IMG/VR virus record: IMGVR_UViG_3300033075_000390
Direction: 5' to 3' (one strand)
Length of the DNA stretch: 20,000 nt
Source: an uncultured virus (IMG/VR IMGVR_UViG_3300033075_000390)
Taxonomy: Duplodnaviria; Heunggongvirae; Uroviricota; Caudoviricetes
How positions within the stretch are numbered: the first letter of the stretch is position 1; each line of letters opens with the position of its first letter. Of this stretch, positions 16,692 through 20,000 are shown piece after piece. Below the pieces are notes generated by a model. It saw only the letters and a program-made list of their open reading frames with translations. It was not told where the DNA came from and did no database searches. The position numbers were made by a program, and so were the translations under genes.

Positions 16692-17369
16692 ATGAAACGA
16701 AAGATGAATAATGAAGACGTATTCGATCTACTACAATCGTCTGAACAGTTAGACTACAGTTTGAGTAGTATTACTCACAATAAGTTTGAATTTAACTTAG
16801 ATGAAGATATTAAAGAACCTAGCTATTATCGGAATTTGATTGAGGTGTTAAATAACGCAACGGAGCAAGATTTAGTTGTGTTAAATATCAACTCAGGAGG
16901 TGGTCATTTAGATAGTGCAATTTCTATTATTGATGCTTTGCGGAATACACGAGCTAACACATTAGCTTGGATTTCAGGTAGCGCTTATTCTGCTGCTGGA
17001 ATCATTGCGCTAAGTTGCAGTAATTTAGAGGTTGGTGAGTTTGCAACTCTCATGTGCCATAATTCGCAATACGGTTTAGGGGGTTACACTACAGACATTA
17101 AAGATCGTGCTGTATTTGAACATAAGATGATTTCTAAAATCATGCACAGTGTTTATAAGCACTTCCTTTCCGTAGATGAAGTAGAAGCTGTACTGTCTAA
17201 TAAAACAATATGGATGGATGCTGATGAAATCGTAGAACGCTTCACTAAGATGCAAGAAAAATTACAGGAAGAGTTTGAAGCTGAATTAGAAGCTTTCCAA
17301 AAGGAACAAGAAGATACTCTTGAAGGAGCTTACGCCAAACCTAAGAAAAAGAAGATTCTTCCATCTTAA
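16692..17369 (+). CDS. ClpP-like serine protease
   Basis: INSGGG, AYSAAG (catalytic Ser), LMCH (His) and WMDADE motifs. Confidence 0.85.
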   Translation: MKRKMNNEDVFDLLQSSEQLDYSLSSITHNKFEFNLDEDIKEPSYYRNLIEVLNNATEQDLVVLNINSGGGHLDSAISIIDALRNTRANTLAWISGSAYSAAGIIALSCSNLEVGEFATLMCHNSQYGLGGYTTDIKDRAVFEHKMISKIMHSVYKHFLSVDEVEAVLSNKTIWMDADEIVERFTKMQEKLQEEFEAELEAFQKEQEDTLEGAYAKPKKKKILPS

Positions 17370-17379
17370 TTAATATTGG

Positions 17380-17409
17380 TTGACACACAAGGATAAGGTG
17401 ACGTATGAT
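17380..17409 (+). promoter_or_regulatory. sigma70-like promoter overlapping the terminator
   Basis: TTGACA-18 bp-TATGAT. Confidence 0.5.
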
Positions 17410-17428
17410 TGCCTTATCCTATTTTTAT
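17390..17428 (+). terminator. Intrinsic terminator-like hairpin after the ClpP-like gene
   Basis: AGGATAAGGT/GCCTTATCCT stem followed by ATTTTTAT. Confidence 0.65.
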
Positions 17429-17447
17429 GTTTAAAGGAAATTAAAGA

Positions 17448-17618
17448 ATGCTAGATTATATACTACGTTTTATATTAACACTACTAATTATTGCAGGAAT
17501 TGCTTTCCTAATACCTACACTTGTGATATTCTTTTTACAAGTATTGATTACGGTTAGTGTATTCTTAGTAATATTGTTTGTTTTAAGCTTATTTTATAAA
17601 GGAGATAAAGATGTCTAA
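17448..17618 (+). CDS. Small membrane protein (56 aa, two TM segments); not in the ORF track
   Basis: MLDYILRFILTLLIIAGIAFLIPTLVIFFLQVLITVSVFLVILFVLSLFYKGDKDV; SD AAGGA; overlaps the next start. Confidence 0.65.
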   Translation: MLDYILRFILTLLIIAGIAFLIPTLVIFFLQVLITVSVFLVILFVLSLFYKGDKDV

Positions 17619-17907
17619 AGTTTACAGTTTTGAAGATTGTCAACCAGTAATCAAAGAAGCTTTTAAGAAAGCAATTGATCATTTAAAAGAAACTCTTGGT
17701 GAGCAATATTCAATGAATGCAACTAAGTTTGCTTGGGGTAAGTTTCAGGATTATGCTGAACAAGATATTGAGTTTATGATGGTTTGCGACCTTTGTGGTA
17801 AAGCTGATGGTGAGTGCGAGTTCACAGAAGTGATGGTTAATTCGCAAGATTTAATTAATATCTGCTATGACTGCCATGAAAAGTCAGATGTGAGTGATGA
17901 GCAATGA
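17611..17907 (+). CDS. Hypothetical protein with a C-terminal CxxC...CxxC
   Basis: 98 aa; SD AAGGAG. Confidence 0.75.
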   Translation: MSKVYSFEDCQPVIKEAFKKAIDHLKETLGEQYSMNATKFAWGKFQDYAEQDIEFMMVCDLCGKADGECEFTEVMVNSQDLINICYDCHEKSDVSDEQ

Positions 17908-18038
17908 TACTTAAATTCCTTAAACAATTATTCTGCTTTCATCACTACATTTACCGATGTTGGAATAGCACTCACGAATATGTAGAAGTTTGTAAGAAGT
18001 GCGATAAAGTACGTGTGATCAAAGTAAGATTTGGTTAA
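17904..18038 (+). CDS. Small Cys/His protein (DUF1660-like, 44 aa); not in the ORF track
   Basis: MILKFLKQLFCFHHY...CKKCDKVR; ATGA overlap with the upstream stop. Confidence 0.65.
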   Translation: MILKFLKQLFCFHHYIYRCWNSTHEYVEVCKKCDKVRVIKVRFG

Positions 18039-18058
18039 ATAAATTAAGGAGATATTAC

Positions 18059-18316
18059 ATGAAAGAACACAACAAACTAAGTGAAGAAGAGATTGTTAAA
18101 TTAAAGAATACTCTCTTACAATTAAACGGAGCTTTATTACGATTAGGTATAAATAAGGAAGATACACATATTGTATTACCTAAATCCGATTGGGTGTATT
18201 TTAACAATGTTCTTAGTTCAGGACAAAGTAGTATGAGTAAGTATTACCAAAGTGTAAGTGATAAGCAGTTTAGTTTGAGTGGTGTTAGTATAACTTATGG
18301 AGTTAAGGAGAAATAA
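18059..18316 (+). CDS. Hypothetical protein
   Basis: 85 aa; SD AAGGAG. Confidence 0.75.
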   Translation: MKEHNKLSEEEIVKLKNTLLQLNGALLRLGINKEDTHIVLPKSDWVYFNNVLSSGQSSMSKYYQSVSDKQFSLSGVSITYGVKEK

Positions 18317-18415
18317 ATGGCAACACAACAACAATTAGACAAAGTTTATATGCAAAATGCTGTAAATATGGCTACATTATCTCACGCTATACGAAAGAAA
18401 GTTAGGTGTATATGA
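18317..18415 (+). pseudogene. Truncated N-terminal fragment of a dCMP deaminase (32 aa)
   Basis: MATQQQLDKVYMQNAVNMATLSHAIRKKVRCI* aligns without gaps to YDIAYLKMAEAFSETSVANRLKVGCV of 19251-19667; has its own SD AAGGAG. Confidence 0.75.
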
Positions 18416-18468
18416 ACTACATTGGTATGTTAGGTAAACATGTTGAAAAGTTGTCTGAGGAGAAATAA

Positions 18469-19239
18469 ATGAATAATTCCGAAAAACATAATAAAAGTAG
18501 AGAACTGTACGAGTTCAGTGAATTTAAAACTAACACCTCTGGTTACTGTACTGTGATTGAGTACAACAACTTTAACGATGTGGTAGTCAAGTTTAGCAAT
18601 ACAGGGAGCAGTGTTAGAACAAGTATATGTAAACTAAAACAAGGAAAAGTTAAAGACTACTCTGCTCCAAGCGTATACGGAGTTGGGGTGTTAGGTAAAG
18701 ATTTTAAAAGGGGGCACAAGGATGATAAAACCTATCAGTTATGGGTAGATATGTTGGAGAGATGCTATAGTGAAAAACTCCATAAGAAACACCCTACATA
18801 CCAAACATGTAAAGTTTCCGACAATTTTAAAGAATATGAGTATTTCACAAAATGGTGTCATTCCCAAATAGGATTTAATAATGACACTTGGACTTTAGAT
18901 AAAGACATCTTAATAAAAGGCAACAAAGTGTACTCTGAAGGTACATGTTGTTTTATTCCTCAAGAGGTAAATAAAGTTCTAGTTAAATCTGATAAAATCA
19001 GAGGAGATAACCTTATTGGAGTATATTATTGTAAACGAAAAAGAAAATACAGGGCAACATTATCTGTATCTGGAAAGACGACTAGCTTAGGTCATTACAA
19101 CACAGAGCTTGAAGCTTTCATTGCGTATAAGGATGGAAAAGAGGAACATATTAAGTCTTTAGCTAAGAAATGGAAAGACCAAATTGACCCTAGAGTTTAT
19201 GATGCTTTAATGAATTGGACAATTGAGATTACTGATTAG
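18469..19239 (+). CDS. HNH-like/AP2-domain homing endonuclease
   Basis: LDKDILIKGNKVYSEGTCCFIPQEVN plus an AP2-like C-terminus; paralog of 14338-14880 with an extra N-terminal domain. Confidence 0.8.
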   Translation: MNNSEKHNKSRELYEFSEFKTNTSGYCTVIEYNNFNDVVVKFSNTGSSVRTSICKLKQGKVKDYSAPSVYGVGVLGKDFKRGHKDDKTYQLWVDMLERCYSEKLHKKHPTYQTCKVSDNFKEYEYFTKWCHSQIGFNNDTWTLDKDILIKGNKVYSEGTCCFIPQEVNKVLVKSDKIRGDNLIGVYYCKRKRKYRATLSVSGKTTSLGHYNTELEAFIAYKDGKEEHIKSLAKKWKDQIDPRVYDALMNWTIEITD

Positions 19240-19250
19240 GAGATAATAGA

Positions 19251-19667
19251 TTGAATAAGTACGATATTGCTTATTTAAAGATGGCAGAAGCGTTCTCTGA
19301 AACATCAGTAGCTAACAGGTTGAAAGTAGGTTGTGTTATTGTTCGAGATGGACAACCTATTTCACTTGGTATCAATGGAACAGTTGCAGGGTGGTACACA
19401 AACTCTTGTGAAGATTCAAATGGAGATACTCAGTGGTTTACAAAACACGCAGAGGTGCAAGCCCTTAATAAACTGCGTAAGAGTACAGAAAGTAGTGTTG
19501 GCGCAGATTTGTTCGTGACGCACTCACCTTGCAAGATGTGCTGTTTAGACATTATTGATGCTGGTATTAAGAGAGTGATATATAAACACGACTACAGGGA
19601 GCAATCAGGGTTAGATGTTCTAAGACAGCATGGAATTATTGTTGAAAAACTCATTGACAATGGTTAA
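19251..19667 (+). CDS. dCMP deaminase
   Basis: KVGCVIV, HAE and SPCKMC zinc-binding motifs; TTG start with SD AGGAG. Confidence 0.92.
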   Translation: MNKYDIAYLKMAEAFSETSVANRLKVGCVIVRDGQPISLGINGTVAGWYTNSCEDSNGDTQWFTKHAEVQALNKLRKSTESSVGADLFVTHSPCKMCCLDIIDAGIKRVIYKHDYREQSGLDVLRQHGIIVEKLIDNG

Positions 19668-19713
19668 TCTGTTATGGTAAGTTTAGAGAACAAATTAATT
19701 AAGGAGATTTACT

Positions 19714-20000
19714 ATGAAACTTAAAAACAAACTACTATCCATAGGTGCAATTCTACTACTCTCTTGTCAATATTCACCTGCACAAGCAAAGGTTGTGGAT
19801 AATTCATTAAACCCTACAGGTTTAGAATTAACCCTTTGTGAGAGTATTGCTGAGTTTGCAGAAGATGTATCTAACCTACGTCAGAATGGTGCAAAATATG
19901 CAGATGTTATTGCTGTAGCACCTAAACCTACAACACAAGATGAGAAAGATATTAAACTTATCTTAGATGAAATTACTTATACTGCTTGGCAATTAAATAT
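19714..20000 (+). CDS. Exported/periplasmic hypothetical protein; runs off the window
   Basis: MKLKNKLLSIGAILLLSCQYSPAQA-K... signal peptide-like N-terminus; SD AAGGAG; open to the window end. Confidence 0.7.
   Translation, partial: MKLKNKLLSIGAILLLSCQYSPAQAKVVDNSLNPTGLELTLCESIAEFAEDVSNLRQNGAKYADVIAVAPKPTTQDEKDIKLILDEITYTAWQLN

Noticed and set aside
18416..19330. Group I intron in the dCMP deaminase
   Set aside because: There is no room for a ribozyme core (about 50 nt before and 11 nt after the endonuclease), and the downstream gene has its own RBS and complete N-terminus.
15260..19518. ORFs 15260-15442(-), 15481-15717(-) and 19333-19518(+)
   Set aside because: Antisense or out-of-frame overlaps of better-supported genes.

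Overview
AT-rich dsDNA tailed-phage genome segment, probably a lytic phage of a Gammaproteobacterium (host inferred, not shown by the sequence). The left arm (1-11324, minus strand) holds virion genes: a cluster of fibre/appendage genes, a 761-aa receptor-binding-like protein, small and large terminase, portal, XkdF-like protease, scaffold, head decoration protein and the 5' part of a lambda-E-like major capsid protein. The centre (about 11330-14300) is mostly non-coding. It contains several densely base-paired minus-strand RNA domains, a NUMOD4-HNH endonuclease whose RBS is hidden in a hairpin, tRNA-Arg(UCU), an AT-rich origin-like tract and divergent sigma70 promoters. The right arm (14338-20000, plus strand) holds probable early/middle genes: two HNH/AP2-like endonucleases, PhoH, ClpP-like protease, dCMP deaminase and small ORFs. 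Three observations stand out. (1) A promoter-driven ~235-nt leader RNA before the tRNA carries three anti-Shine-Dalgarno UCUCCU motifs, two in hairpin loops, while AGGAGA precedes 9 of 14 rightward genes and none of 16 leftward genes; this suggests an RNA-based translational switch. (2) There is a ~650-nt ornate structured RNA with a pseudoknot. (3) An orphaned dCMP deaminase N-terminus is separated from the intact gene by a homing endonuclease. All calls were made by eye; no database search or folding program was run.
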